The notes under the pieces are model-generated. The model was not told the DNA's origin and ran no database searches. It was given only the letters and a program-made list of their open reading frames with translations. Of a stretch of 64,000 nt of DNA, positions 14,570-27,411 are shown in pieces (position 1 is the stretch's first letter; the number at the start of each line of letters is the position of its first letter). Origin of the DNA: the human T2T-CHM13v2.0 reference genome, Homo sapiens. A program made the translations under genes and the position numbers. The stretch lies in the NCBI RefSeq assembly GCF_009914755.1, contig NC_060930.1; one strand, given 5' to 3'.

Positions 14570-15445
14570 TCCTTTGAACCCTTCACATAGCTTTCCCCAA
14601 TGGTGACATTTTCTATTACTTTAGAATAATGACAGATCCAGGATATTGACTGCAGACCTTATTCAGTTTTCATACATTTTTACCTTCGTGTGTGTGTGTG
14701 TGTGTGTGTGTGTGTCTGTGTAGTTCTATGCACTTTGGTCTCATGTATAGATTCATGTAACCACCACTACAATCGGGTACAGAATTATCCCATCACCACA
14801 AAGGAAATCCCTTGGAGCTACCCCTGTGAAGCCCATCACCTTCATCTCTGTCACTGGCAACCACTAATCTGTTCTTCATCTATACAATTCTTTCAGCTAG
14901 AGAATGCTATATAAAAATTGAATTTTACAGTATTTAACATTTTGAGATTGGCTTTTTTCACTAAGCATAATGTCCTTAAGTCCCTCTAAATTGTTTCATG
15001 TATCAATAGTTTGTTCTTTTTTATTGTTGAGTAGTATCCCCTGGTAGGAATAAACCAGAATTTGTTTAACTATTTACCTGTTGAAAGACATTTGTGTTGT
15101 GTCCACCTTTAGGCTTTTATAAGTAAAGCTGCTGTGAACATTCATGTGCAGGTTTTTGTGTTAATAAAGTATTCATTTCTCTGGGATAAATGTGCAAAAG
15201 TGCAATAGCTGGGTCATATGGTAAGTGCATATTTACTTTTAGAAGCTGTCAAGCTAATTCCCATAGCAGCTGTACCATTTTACATTCCTACCAGCAATGT
15301 ATGAGACATCTATTGGTTCTCCATCCTCACCAGCATTTGGTGTTACCATTAATTTTTATTTTTGGCAACCTAAAAGCCATGTAGTAATATTTCATTGTGG
15401 TTTTAATTTATATTTACAGAATGGCTAGTAATGTTGAATATCTTT
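14570..15445 (-). mobile_element. Old L1 (L1MC/MB-like) 3' region, antisense, containing (TG)n at ~14688-14720
   Basis: 'tttgagattggcttttttcactaagcataatg', 'gctgctgtgaacattcatgtgcaggttttt', 'ctgtaccattttacattcctaccagcaatgtatgag'. Confidence 0.85.
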
Positions 15446-16438
15446 TGAGAGAAATATTTTTAACTTTTGCTTTATAATCTGAAGCTAAAAAAAGTTAACA
15501 CTGGCAAAAATGATAACATTTATGCAGGAAAAAGATGATGAAAGAAAGATATTGAAGTGGAGAAACCTAGCTGTTTTCCTTATTAGAAAGTAAAAAGAGA
15601 GGTGGTAGCATTATCATGTTGGATTTATAAGGATTTTATTCTAAAGATGCATTTGTAGGCTTGTGTATCTTGACTTGTGGAGGATGAATAGATTGTGCTG
15701 TGACTTTGAGAGAGATTAGCAATGACATTTGGACACATTTTCAAAGCTACGCTATTTTTATAACTGTGCTATATGAACCATTACAGTAGAAATACTAGCT
15801 GTATGACTTCTTATCCAAAGATTATTCATCTTTTTTCAGGCATACAGACTAAAATGCAAACAGATTAAACTAGTGTTTCTGTGAAATAAGAAGAAAGTGT
15901 ATCTCTTCAAACACGATAGTTTGGTAATTAAAATTCACTCACGTTGGGAACAATTTCCCATACACTTGCTAACCATGCTGAGGGGTCTGAGCCTCTGACA
16001 TCATATCCCCTCTTTCACACAGTGCATATTTCACAGCTCTTCAGATTCTTTAAGCAGTTTCCATCAGGAGTGAAGGACAAGGAGGTAATCCTTCCAACAC
16101 TGATTATTTTATTTTCTGCACCACTCCTCTGACGTGGGCATGTTAGTAGAGATTAATACAAAACAAATGCCAGCCTCCCTAATGTGCAGTGTGATATCCA
16201 ACCTTAAGACTAATTCCACAGGGCGTATAAAACATATGCCTGCAACAGTTAGTCTCATCACTTTATGTAACTCTCAGGCCTTTCTGGGTTCACTCTTAAT
16301 TAATTTCCGTAGGCTAAGTTGTATCAAATACAGAGAAAGGCCAAGTTGTTTATACTTTTTCATATGTCTAGAGTCTCATGTTTAAGCCATATGAGTAGAT
16401 TTGGCATACGTATTACTTTATTGATTAAGAAATGCCCT

Positions 16439-16561
16439 AGACAAGGCACGGTGGCTCATGCCTGCAATCCCAGCACTTTGCGAGGCTCAGACAGGAGGAT
16501 TGCTTGAGCCCAGGAGTTTGGGGAAAGCCTGGGCAACATAGCAGGACCCCAATTCTACAAA
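16439..16561 (+). mobile_element. FLAM_C-like Alu monomer
   Basis: Monomer flanked by TSD aagaaatgcc(c/t)t at 16427-16438 and 16562-16573. Confidence 0.88.
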
Positions 16562-17335
16562 AAGAAATGCCTTAGCTAAATGCTAGGGATACAACCCCTG
16601 ATCAGACCTGAGCCCTGCTATGAGGCAACCGACAGCTACGTTAACACTTAGAATACAATACAGTAAGCGTGATGATAAAAGTCTGCAACCAGCTCCATGG
16701 AGACACAGGAGAAACAGCTCCCACCCTTAGGTTTCATGTAAGTGTGGTCCCATAGTCAAGAAGTATGACAGATGACAGAAAGTCACTAAGCAGACTTCTA
16801 AAATTTGTAGCCAACTTAAATGTTGACCTCTGTGGATGAGCCAGAGAGAAAGCTTGCCTATTTACATTAGAAACGGGTCCCAGGAGCTAGGGTTTATGAC
16901 TAAAGCTCAGCTCTTAAGGCTATATTTTCTTCTTTATCCTTGCTGTTTTTACCTGTCCCTGATGCAGGACTATGGAAGTTTAATGACTATTCAAACGATA
17001 TTCTTAAAGTACATTAAAAGGCAAAGCTTTTAAAACCAAAGTGCTTGCCCCCAAAGGGAACATGATATTCCAAATCTCTTTCAGAGTTCTTAGATCCAGA
17101 CTTCCTATTGCCATGATTGTGAAAATGACTTAAATTTGTAGCACTTCAAATCTAACTATTTGGTTGGGTGCTGCACAGTTTTCTGTCAGGCTTTTGTCCT
17201 GATATGGGGCATAAACACCTGCATATCATCAGAGGAACACAGTAGAGCTATTGTCAATCTCTCTTTAGTTCCATTACCATACCCATTCCTACACCATCTT
17301 TAAATGCATTCTCCATGACTGCCTACCACAGAAGG

Positions 17336-17665
17336 TGATGCAGGACAGGTGAGCCCCAAAGTGGGGCTTAACCCACAGAGTTCTTGGCTTGGCCTAGGAA
17401 AGAATTCAAGGGCAAGCCAGAGGTAGAAGAAAATGGCTTTATTGAAGCAGCAATGTTACAGCTCTGGCAGTGTTACAGCTCTCTGACTCTTCCTGTAGAG
17501 TGGGGCTACCCCATAGGCAGAGATCAGAAGCTTAGGGCAATTTTGCAGTCATATTGATACTCATTTTAAATTACATGCAGATTAAGGGGTGATTTATGCA
17601 GAAATTTCTGGGGAAGGGCTAGTAACTTTGGCAAAGCCATTGGAAAGCAAGGGACGTATCTCTCA
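17336..17665 (-). mobile_element. ERV1-class LTR (MER66-like), probably partial
   Basis: 'tgatgcaggacaggtgagccccaaagtggggctta...gaattcaagggcaagcc...tttattgaagc...ggctaccccataggcag'. Confidence 0.6.
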
Positions 17666-20600
17666 CCCTTTCCTTCAACTACATTCTGTAACAGCCATGT
17701 TTGCAAGATTGGAAAACATGTATTTGATCCTGTCTGAACTCTTTATTCATTTCTTCATCTTCAGTTTTCTTATAGTAACTGTCACTTTCTACTCTATATG
17801 ATAATTGTTTATTTGTATATTTTCTCTTTCAAGTTTGTAAAAATCTTTGAAAGTGGGACTTGTGTACTTGGAACTTAATAAGCCCTGAATCAATTCCTAA
17901 TGTTTGAATAAATGCAGAAACAATTCATCTTTGTTTCCTTCACAGTATCGTGTATGTGATAGATGCTAAAAATATATCAAACGTTTGAAAATAAGTCAAT
18001 GAATGAAAGGATGAATTTCTAAAGGCCAGCTATTGGGCAAGGCAACACAAGTGACCTCTAGTAGTTTTATCACTAGTAAGTGCATTTATTCACACAGGAC
18101 ACAGGTATGGAACACTAAACACCTTTTCAGTATTCTGCTATGGTCTGGAAATGTAAAGATAACTAAAAAAGATCCCCTCTCCGAAGAAGCTTTAAGTATT
18201 ATAGACATAGAATGGATGCAGGTTCATTCATGCTACACTTGGATGTCCAAAGAAACTGTACTTTCTTTATATTCTATAATCGATCTAATCTTTATAGTGA
18301 ACCTTCTTCCAAACACCCTCCACCTGGCTAAGTAGCAGTAGGTGGAGGGAAAAGACTGACTAAATGTAAAACTTGCCAATCCCTTCTAGTTTAAAAACTC
18401 TCTTTGGATAACTCAGTTGCTTTTGGACAAATGCTCAGCCTCTCAGACATCACAACCCCCGCACTCATATCTGAGATGGTCTGTGGATTTCCAGGAGGTT
18501 TGTGTGACCTTGTGGCCTGATGTCGGTCCTGTGCCTAATGTCCCTAGGGGCAGCTGGCTAGTAGTTGGATGTGCACCTGCTGTGCTGGACACGGAGCTGC
18601 TGTCTGGCGTTCTGCTGGCCTCTGCTGCTCTCTCCTCCCAGCAGTTGTCTCTCTCTTCTTGTGGACTGCTCCCACCTGCGCTTGATTCTCACTGATAAAG
18701 TGAACCTCCAGATGTGAATGCATTTGGTTTCCAACCTTTGTGATTCCTGCAACATAGACTGTTCCCCACCTCCCAGCCGGCACCCCTTCTCAGGCAGGAT
18801 ACACAGATGTCTAAACATCTTCCAGCAACACAGGAGCTGAGGATAATTCCAGGACCTTTAGTGCTCTGCTAAGCACACATCACTTAAGTTGTTCTCTGAT
18901 GTGGCTTCCTCAGCTGGGTGTGGGGCTTCTGCCTCCCAAAAAACCTGGTGCTTTTTTTTGGTTTGCCTTCAAACTATCTAGCATTCTCTCTATCCTCTGG
19001 GACTTCAGAGAGGGCACATCTTGGGCACATATGACTTAATACTTGTTTCTCCCTTGTCAGTTTCCTTTCCTCTTTGCACAATCAGTGGATGAGAGGGAGA
19101 GACAAGCTCTCCCTCCCTCTTTCTCTCTAGTATGGACTTCCTTGTCTCCCTTCCTCATCTCCCATCCTCCTTCCAGGGATACCGGGCCTGGTTCAGCCTC
19201 TAGAGAGAAGAGGCAACCTTTCACATTCTGGAAGAAACTCTGATATGGTTGGCAGTATGGATTATTGATATGTTGGAAGGAGAATTTCAGAATTTAGAAT
19301 CCCTTATTTCTCCAGGATTTCCAAGATGCTTCCTTGCTAAAGAAGTCAAGAAAGTCAGCTTTGGGTTTTAAAGCTGATCACTGACCTCTCTGTTCTATAA
19401 AGGACCGGCCCTCTTTTTCTTCATGGCTCAGCTTTACAGATAGATGGCTGTATGGAGCATGATTTAACAGGGGAAATTAAATTTCCAAACTTTTATGCCT
19501 ATTTTGCTGGAAGATAGATCAGTAAATGAATTACAATGCAGTGTGAAATGTAGTAAAATGGAGCTACACACGAAATGCCATGGAACTACAGAGGAGGAGT
19601 GACTGGCTCTACCCCGTGACAGACAGGACTCCAGAGGTGACACCTGAACAGGATCTGTAAACCTAAGTTTTACTGACAACATGAATCTGACGATAAAGCA
19701 GGCCGCTTGGTTCTCTGGTCATTTTCAGCTCCAATGGTGCACGTAGACAGGTTATAAATCAGTGAGGTGCCCTTACATGTTTGTTTTCTCTCTCTGAGCA
19801 TCAATTTTCTCACCTATAAGTGAGAATAAAAATCCTTTCCCCTGGTGTGATCATGGTATGCAAATGTAAGATTGTATTTGATGGTCCACTAAGGCAAAAA
19901 TGATGCAACCAACAAAAAAAGTTCTATGATTTTTATCCTGCCACCAGCTCCTAATGTAGTCTCTAACTCCCTCCCTGGTGAAATTCCTCAGTCCTTCCTA
20001 CTAAGTGACTTTTAACAGTGCCCCCACTGGTCTCCTTATGCTCTCAAGCTTGCCTGAGATCCATATGATAGTCAGATGGCCAAGCTGGGACACCCATTAT
20101 CTTAGCAATGTCTCCAGCACATAGTAGATGCTCAATAAATGACAGGTCCTGTTACTCACATATTTTCCACTTCATCTGTTCTTTCCATCAATCCAATTTA
20201 AGGAAAATACATAAAGAAGATACATTTTGCCTAACCATCCCATCTTCTTATACACTCTTACTCTTGGATAACAAATTTAAGAGGAATGGTGAATTTCAGT
20301 TGCATGCAAAGCCATCTAAGTGAAAGAATTTGCTGGAGACAAGGAGAAGGTTAGGAAACCCACATTCCAATTAGCTTTGCCACTGACCTATTATGGTGTT
20401 ATCCCAGGTAAGACCAGTGCCAGTCAATAGAGGTGAACTCTCATAAAGATTAATGACGCTGCTGCTAGATAGGAACAAAATTATTCCAGCCCACTCTGTT
20501 TTAGAGTGAAAGTATCAGGGGAAATTGTACAAGCAAGTGTGGTAGTATCCTACTTGGAATCATGTTTTCCCAGTACCAGGGGCTAAGCTTTGTCTGCAAT

Positions 20601-20799
20601 GAATGTGTTCCCAAAATAATATTTTCAAATATATTTTTGCAAATTATTTATATTTTTAATATACTGGGAAATACACTAGGCAATTTCTTATAAATCAAAA
20701 AGTCATTTTGTGCTATGAATAATAAATCACATTTTTTCTTTAGATATTCTTTCTATACACTAAATCTGTGAAGAGTGAAACACTTCTGTAGTCCAGTAT

Positions 20800-21245
20800 T
20801 ACACCACACACAAAGTTTCCTACTTAAATTCTTAGAACCAATGGACAAATTGCCTGGCATATTTGGTGGATAAGGTTGGATAGGCAAATATATCATTCTT
20901 CAAAGTGCTATCTTTTAATAGTATGTACTTATTCTAATGTGGCTACCATTTAGAATTTCTCTTTTGAAATCTCCTTCAGAACCAGTTTTAAGTCATTTAA
21001 GTTTCTTTATAATTTATCCTTCATTTGAATCCAGAAAGTATTATCTAGCATAATCCAGCATTTTGGTTCTTTCCAAATAGTAAAACCTACCCAAAAAGTA
21101 TGAGCAACTGCTTTCATTAAGGATATTCCAATGAGTGCTCAGAGGCAATTTCAAAGAGTTCATATGTTTTTGAGTGATGAAAGATTCATTAAACTACAAC
21201 CATAACCTTCCAGAGTGACTATCTTGAATGATAACCGTGTTTGGA
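20800..21245. mobile_element. MARNA-like ancient Tc1/mariner fossil
   Basis: 'ttttggttctttccaaa...aggatattc...ggcaatttcaaagagttc...gtgactatcttgaatgataac' resembles the mariner transposase C-terminal and terminal region. Confidence 0.55.
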
Positions 21246-21388
21246 TGAGTGAATTCCAGTGCATTACAGAAGATTAGATATGTAAACACCTGCACATCCT
21301 GCTCAATAAGTGGCAATTTTCTTCTTCCCTTAAAAGAACTTTCCATTATTTTCAAGGCACACCTTTCATTATGCATGAACATAGCTGG

Positions 21389-21889
21389 AACAGTAAGCAG
21401 AATAATGGCCCTCCAAAGAAGTCGATGTTCTGATCCCTATAATATGTAAATATGTTACTTTACATAGCAAAAAAGACTCTGTGGATGTTATTAAACTCAT
21501 GATGTTGCTATGGTGAGATTATTCTGAATTATGTGGGTGACCTCAATGTAATCATAAAGGTTCTTTGAAGAGAAGTCCTTTGCAGGAGTCAGAGTAGAGG
21601 GAGATGTAACATTAGAAGTGGAGTTCAGTGTCAGGGAGAGACTTGAAAACACCACATTGCTGGCTTTGAAGATGGAGAAAGGGGCTACAAGCCATGGAAT
21701 GCAGGCAGCCCCTAGAAGCTGAAAAAGGCAGGGAAAGGGATTGTCTCCTAGAGCCTACAGAAGGAACACAACCCTGCCATCCCCTTGATTTTAGGACTTC
21801 TGACCTCCAGAACTATAAGATAAACGTGTGCTGTTTTAAGCCATTAAGTTTGTGGTCATTTATTACAGCAGCAATGGAAAACTAATACA
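21389..21889 (+). mobile_element. MaLR solo LTR (MLT1D-like)
   Basis: 'gcagaataatggccctccaaaga...ttacagcagcaatggaaaactaataca'; 5-bp flanks gctgg/gttgg. Confidence 0.88.
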
Positions 21890-21919
21890 GTTGGAGACAA
21901 TATCTAAATCCTTCCCACC

Positions 21920-22287
21920 TACTATAGATTGAGTGTTTGTGTCTTCCCAAAATTCATGTATTGAAATCCTAACCCCCAATATAATGGTATTTGGAGGTGG
22001 AGCCTTTGGGAGGAGACTAGATCATGAGGGTGGAGCCATCCTGAATGGTATTAGTGCCCTTATAAAAGAGACCCCATTGATCTCCCCTGCCCTTTACCAT
22101 GCACGCGAGGACACAGAGAAATGACTGCTGTCTATGAACCAGGGCGTGGGCCCCTACCAGACAGAATCTGCTGTCTAAGTCTTTGATCTTAGACACCAAC
22201 CTCCAGAACTGTGGGAAATAAATATATGTTGTTTATAAGCCACCAGTCTATGGTATTTTTTTACAGCAGCCTTAATAGACTGAGGCA
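21920..22287 (+). mobile_element. MaLR solo LTR (MLT1A/A0-like)
   Basis: 'tactatagattgagtgtttgtgtc...gactgaggca'; perfect 5-bp TSD ccacc at 21915-21919 and 22288-22292. Confidence 0.9.
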
Positions 22288-23159
22288 CCACCCTCCAGGC
22301 AGGTTCGAAGGCACTTATCTTCTGAGAGCCTTCTCCAAATAGAACTGGAAACATAACTGTAAGAGCAGGTTCTCCTGCCCACCCTTGCTTGTGTTTCCAT
22401 TGTTTGAGAAAAGTATCCTGCCCAGGAGCTGTTCCTTCTTTGTGGTTACTAAGGTGCCAATTCTCCCAATACTGCCTAGATGGGCTCCTTGGAGAGCACC
22501 CTGGTGCTGTCTGCCCAAATAGATGCACATGAAAACACTTCTACACCTTGACTGGTTCCAATGACAGACGTGCTCATTTTGAGTCTATCACTGTACAAAA
22601 TTCACCTGTAATAAATGGTTAAAGTGGGAAAGAGTCCTTGCATGTAAAAAAAGAAAAAGAAAAACTATGCAAAGCCTGCTTCCATTGGCAATGCATTTGA
22701 GGAGATGGGTTTGTTCATAAATCAATAAAAGCCTTCGAGCTGCTTTTTGACTGAAGGGTACAGTCTTAAGGCCACTGAGACTTTTTAAGACTCAATGAGA
22801 ATGCATAGAAACACCAGCATCTGAGAAATAGCAGGAGTTATTTTTGTCTCTCTCATTCCTTTCTTCCCTCTTGTTTATGTCTTCTGAGTTGGGGCCGTTT
22901 CTAATTCAAGAGCCTTTGAACAGGAAGACAGACCATGACTGGGCATTTCCTGAGGCCATTAAGTAGGGGGCTCTGTGAGTAGTTTAGGAGCTGTGACACC
23001 ATCTGGGCCAGAGAACGATGACAGGAAGTAGCAGCTGCCCAGGGCGCTCACCTTTGATTCCCCGTGGCAGAAATCATCTCAATAAGTAGATTTATACAGT
23101 ACAGCTAACTCGATGACAGTGGAGCTCCCCAAGTGGTTCAGAGTAATAGAAATTATTCA

Positions 23160-23780
23160 TTGCTTCATTGGTTATTCATTCATTCAACATCTACTATCTG
23201 CCAGGCGATGCAATGAGCACCTCAAGACTTTGCTCAACTGTCATCTTTTCAGTGAACTCTTCTCTAACCACCCTGTTTAAAATTGCAACCTCACACCTGC
23301 ACCTATACTGCCTCCCCTCTCCCCTGTTTAATTTTTCTCCATAGTTCTTATCACCACTGACGTAACTAATTTTACTTAATTGGCTGTCTTGTCTTATAAA
23401 CTCTGTAAGGGCAGGGAATTTTCTTATTACCTGGAATTTGTATTTTGTGAGATAGTGCCTACACACAGAAGGTGTTCCATAAATATTTTTGAATGAATTC
23501 ATAAAATACTTGTAGGGTCACTACTGTGTGCCAAGTACCACCCTAGCTGCAGAAGATAAAACTGAGCAGAAAAGAGAAAAATTCCTGCGCTTAAGGAAAG
23601 GAATTGCATTTTAGCGTAATCAATACAATTAGGTAATACAGAGACGTATGGGAGCCCCTCAGGGGGCACCTAATCTGGATTTAGGGAGCCAGAGAGGGCT
23701 TCCTGGAGGAAGCACTGGCTAAACTGAACTCTGACAAGGGAGAAGGACATGAGAACTCCAGACAGGGGGAACAACATGTA
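23160..23780. mobile_element. L2 3' fragments, apparently in both orientations
   Basis: 'cattcattcaaca', 'taaatatttttgaatgaat', 'ctactgtgtgccaag'. Confidence 0.6.
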
Positions 23781-23799
23781 GAAAGAAATGAGTCATGGC

Positions 23800-24096
23800 A
23801 GCCAGGTGCAGTGGCTCACACCTGTAATCCCAGCACTTTGGGAGTCCAAGGCGGGTGGATAACTTCAGGTCAGGAGTTTGAGACCAGCCTGGCCAACATG
23901 GTGAAACCTCATCTCTACTAAAAAATACAAAAAGCCGGACGTGGTGGTGCGTGCCCGTAATCCCAGCTACTCAGAAGACTGAGAATGGCTTGAACCCAGG
24001 AAGCAGAGGTTGCAGTGAGCCGAGATCGTGCCACTACACTCCAGCATGGGTGACAGAGCCAGACTCCATCTCAAACAAAAACAAAAAAAAGAAAAG
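23800..24096 (+). mobile_element. Alu (AluSx/Sz-like)
   Basis: Dimer with 20-nt TSD agaaagaaatgagtcatggc at 23780-23799 and 24097-24116. Confidence 0.95.
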
Positions 24097-24113
24097 AGAA
24101 AGAAATGAGTCAT

Positions 24114-24351
24114 GGCCAGGAGCGGTGGCTCATTCCTGTAATCCCAGCACTTTGGGAGGCCGAGGCGGGCAGGTCGTTTGAGCTCAGGAGTTCAAGACAA
24201 CTCTGGGCAACATGGTGAAATCTCATCTCTAAAAAAATACAAAAAATTAGCTGGACATGGTGGCATGTGCCTGTGGTCCCAGCTACTCAGAAGGCTGGGG
24301 TGGGAGGATCACTTGAGCCCCAGGTGCACTTCAGCCTGGGTGACGGAGTGA
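24114..24351 (+). mobile_element. Alu (AluJ-like), right arm internally deleted and without a tail
   Basis: ggccaggagcggtggctca...tgagctcaggagttcaagac...tgacggagtga. Confidence 0.9.
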
Positions 24352-24407
24352 ATAAATGAGTCAAGAAAGACCATGGTATGTTAAGGAATGGCTTCAGCAT
24401 TGAGTTT

Positions 24408-24569
24408 GTGGTTGTGTTTTGTGTGTTTTTTAAATTTTTTTTTTTTACAGTAAGAACCCTTAACATGAGCTCTACCCTTATAAATTTTCAAGTGCCCAAT
24501 ACAATACTGTTAACTATAGGCAAATGTTGTACAACAAATCTCTAAAACTAACAACTCTTGTATAACTGA
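24408..24569 (-). mobile_element. Short L1MA-like 3' fragment
   Basis: 'gtaagaacccttaacatgagctctacc...ttcaagtgcccaatacaatac'; flanks cagcat(t/g)gagttt at 24395-24407 and 24570-24582. Confidence 0.7.
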
Positions 24570-24582
24570 CAGCATGGAGTTT

Positions 24583-27000
24583 AAAGGAGGAAATGAGCAA
24601 AGAAGAAGATGAAAAAGTACCTAATGACGGATCACAAAGGGACTGACTTATAAGCCATATTCATGAGTTTGGGCTTAATTCTGAGAGTTTCTACTGTAGG
24701 AATAGCATGATGAGATTTGTAATTTAGCAAGATCCCTTGCATGATCTGATCTTTTTTCAGATCAGATCAGACAGAACAGGACAAGTAAAGAGATTCTAAA
24801 TAGTTTTAAGTGGCTAAAAAGAAAGGACTTGGTGACTTATTCGGTGTGTGAGTGAAAAAGAAAGAAGGATCAATTCATGTGTATTTGTTCAGGGCTCAGC
24901 AAATTTTTTTGAGCATATATTATATACACTTTCCCATGGGCAACTAGACATATAGCATGAAGAAGACTGTTCTTACCCTCATGAAGCTTCCTTCCTAAGG
25001 CATACTTAGGTTTCATTTTCTGACCCTCCCATTAGAATATGTGGGAGTAAAATACGCATAGATATGGGGAAGAGAGTTCCAAGCAAAGAGGACAGTATAA
25101 GGGTGAAGAACTTGAGCATGTCAAGTTTAGGAAATTGAAAGAAGTTACTAGTAGTAAGAGACTAAATTCAAGATGAAGATGGGGCAGATTATATAAGACA
25201 AAGTCAAGGAAAGGAGTTTGGATTTGCTCTTAGAAAAATTATTAGACTGTGTTGGGCAGGGGACCGATGTGATCTAATTTGTATTTTTAGATCGTCATTG
25301 CTGCTGGTGGAGTATTGACCTTTAAGGAGTAGAAGTGGATGTGATTAGACAGTCAGGGGGCCACTAAGTGCATGATGATCATGACTTGAAGCCACTTGCT
25401 AACTGTCGATGTGGATAGAGGTGGTTTGATGCATTCAGTAGATAAAGCCAATAGGATTTTCTGAGCATTCATAGAGGGGATAGGGGAAGTTGGAAAGAAA
25501 AGAAAAAGAGCCAAGAATGGTTCCTTAGTTATTGGCCTCAGTCACCGGGGGAATGGTTGTGCCATGTGGTAAAATGAAGAAAACTGGGGAAGAGAAGATG
25601 TGAAGCAGAAAATCAAAGCATTCTGCTTTGGTCATGTAGATTTGAGTTTCCTGTTAGACATCCAAGCAGAGCTTGGTATAGGTGGCTGAGTATATGTGTC
25701 TGGAGTTCAACAGAGAGGCTGAAACTGGAATTATGAATGTGGATGTCATTCTCATATAGATGGCGCTAAAGGTCATTGTATGATTAGGTCATAGTGGAGT
25801 GGGTATAAATAGAAAAGAGAAGAAAATGAAACTGAGCCATGGAGCACATTCAGAGACTAGGGGAAAGCAGGCTGAGGAGAGGCTAGTGTGGTAGAGGAGA
25901 ACAAGGAGAATGTAGTATGTCCTGGAAGCCAAGTGAAGAAAGTGTTTCAAGGGGAAGTGTGACCCCTGGATATCAGACACTCAGGATTCAGACCTGAGCA
26001 ACTAAGTCACTGGTGGTCCCATTCAGGGAGGGAAGAATCACAAGAGGAGGGATAATCTGGGAACAAAGATGAGTTATGTTTGAGCCTTGATGAGCTGTGG
26101 GGATTTTGGGCACATTCACATTAGATAAGTAGGTGGTTATATGGCTGTGGAGTTCAGGAGATAGATCCAGATTTGAGAGGTACTTTTGGAAGTCCTCAGC
26201 CTAGGGATGATTTTTAAAGTCAGAACGGTAGGTGAAATCATTCAGGGTAAATGTGGAACAGTGAGAAGAGACATTATGGCAAAATCCTGAGAACACAATA
26301 TTTGAGAGATGAGAGTAGATGCAGGAGCCCATAAGCCAGGAACGCGTAAAGGAGTCTGAAGAGGCCCGAGGGATGGAATGAAGGGCAGGGGATGGTTGAG
26401 AGCACCAAAAGAAGGAAGGAGTGTCAGATTCTTCGCTTAGTAAGAAGAGGACTAAAATGTGTCTGCTGGGTTAGAAAACAGGGAATGTTTTTGATCCATT
26501 TTGATCGTGTTTGGGGAACAGAAACCAGATTGCAGTGAATCGAGGTGTTGAATGGATGTTGATAAGATGGAGACAGTGGCTAAATGCAACTCTTTTAAAG
26601 AAGTTTGGCAGGAAAGGAAGTAAGAGGTGGGGTGAGAGCCAAAGAGTGGCACATGTAGAATGTGAAAATAAGACAGCCAAGGATAGGTCCCTCAGAAACA
26701 CCAACGTTGAGAGGGACCAAAAGAACAAGATGCATCCACAAAAAGACAGAACAAAGGGCCAAAGAGGTAGGAGGGAAAAACAACAGATAAATCAAGAGAG
26801 GGAAAATTCAAGGAGAGAGTGGTTAGCAATGCCAACTACTGCAGAGAGGTTTAGTAAGATAAGAAGTCAGAAGCGGCCAGGCAATTTAGCCTTGGTGATC
26901 ATAGTGAAAGGAGCTGTCAGTATTGCTGTAGCTTGAGGAATGAATGGAACCAAGATGCCAGAGGCAGTAACTGTAGATTGATCTTCACAGGCTGGCTGTG
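24583..27000 (-). mobile_element. Extended block of L2 fragments
   Basis: Purine-rich antisense L2 motifs such as 'ttagacatccaagcagag', 'gtctggagttca', 'gtcctggaagccaagtgaagaaagtgtttcaagg'. Confidence 0.65.
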
Positions 27001-27411
27001 AAGAGGAAAAGATAAATAGCTACAGAGCCAGTGGGCATCGAGAATAAGACCAGGACTTGTATGGTGAAGGAACACAGCAAGCAGAAAGGGATGAGGATCC
27101 AGGAGGGAAGTGGGATAGCTGCTGGAGCAAAGCCTCAGAGACAGCAGATGGGGAGAGGGGACGGCTCCAAAGAACAAAGGGCAGAATTGCCTTCCCCACC
27201 AGGCAAGTCCTTAGGGGAAGAAACTGAGTGTCAACTGGAGGAAAGAAATGTGTGTTCATTGGCAGCTGTCCACCTGCACCTGGATGTAGAGTATTCACGC
27301 CGGTATCCTCTGCATCTATAACAATCCTGGTCACTTAGTAGGCATTCAATAAATGTCTTTTGGATGAGTAAATAAGTGACTAGTATAAGGTAGTAAAAAT
27401 CTGATTTTTGC

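Noticed and set aside
21389-22287. Two adjacent LTRs as a single collapsed provirus
   Set aside because: They belong to different subfamilies and have separate 5-bp TSDs.
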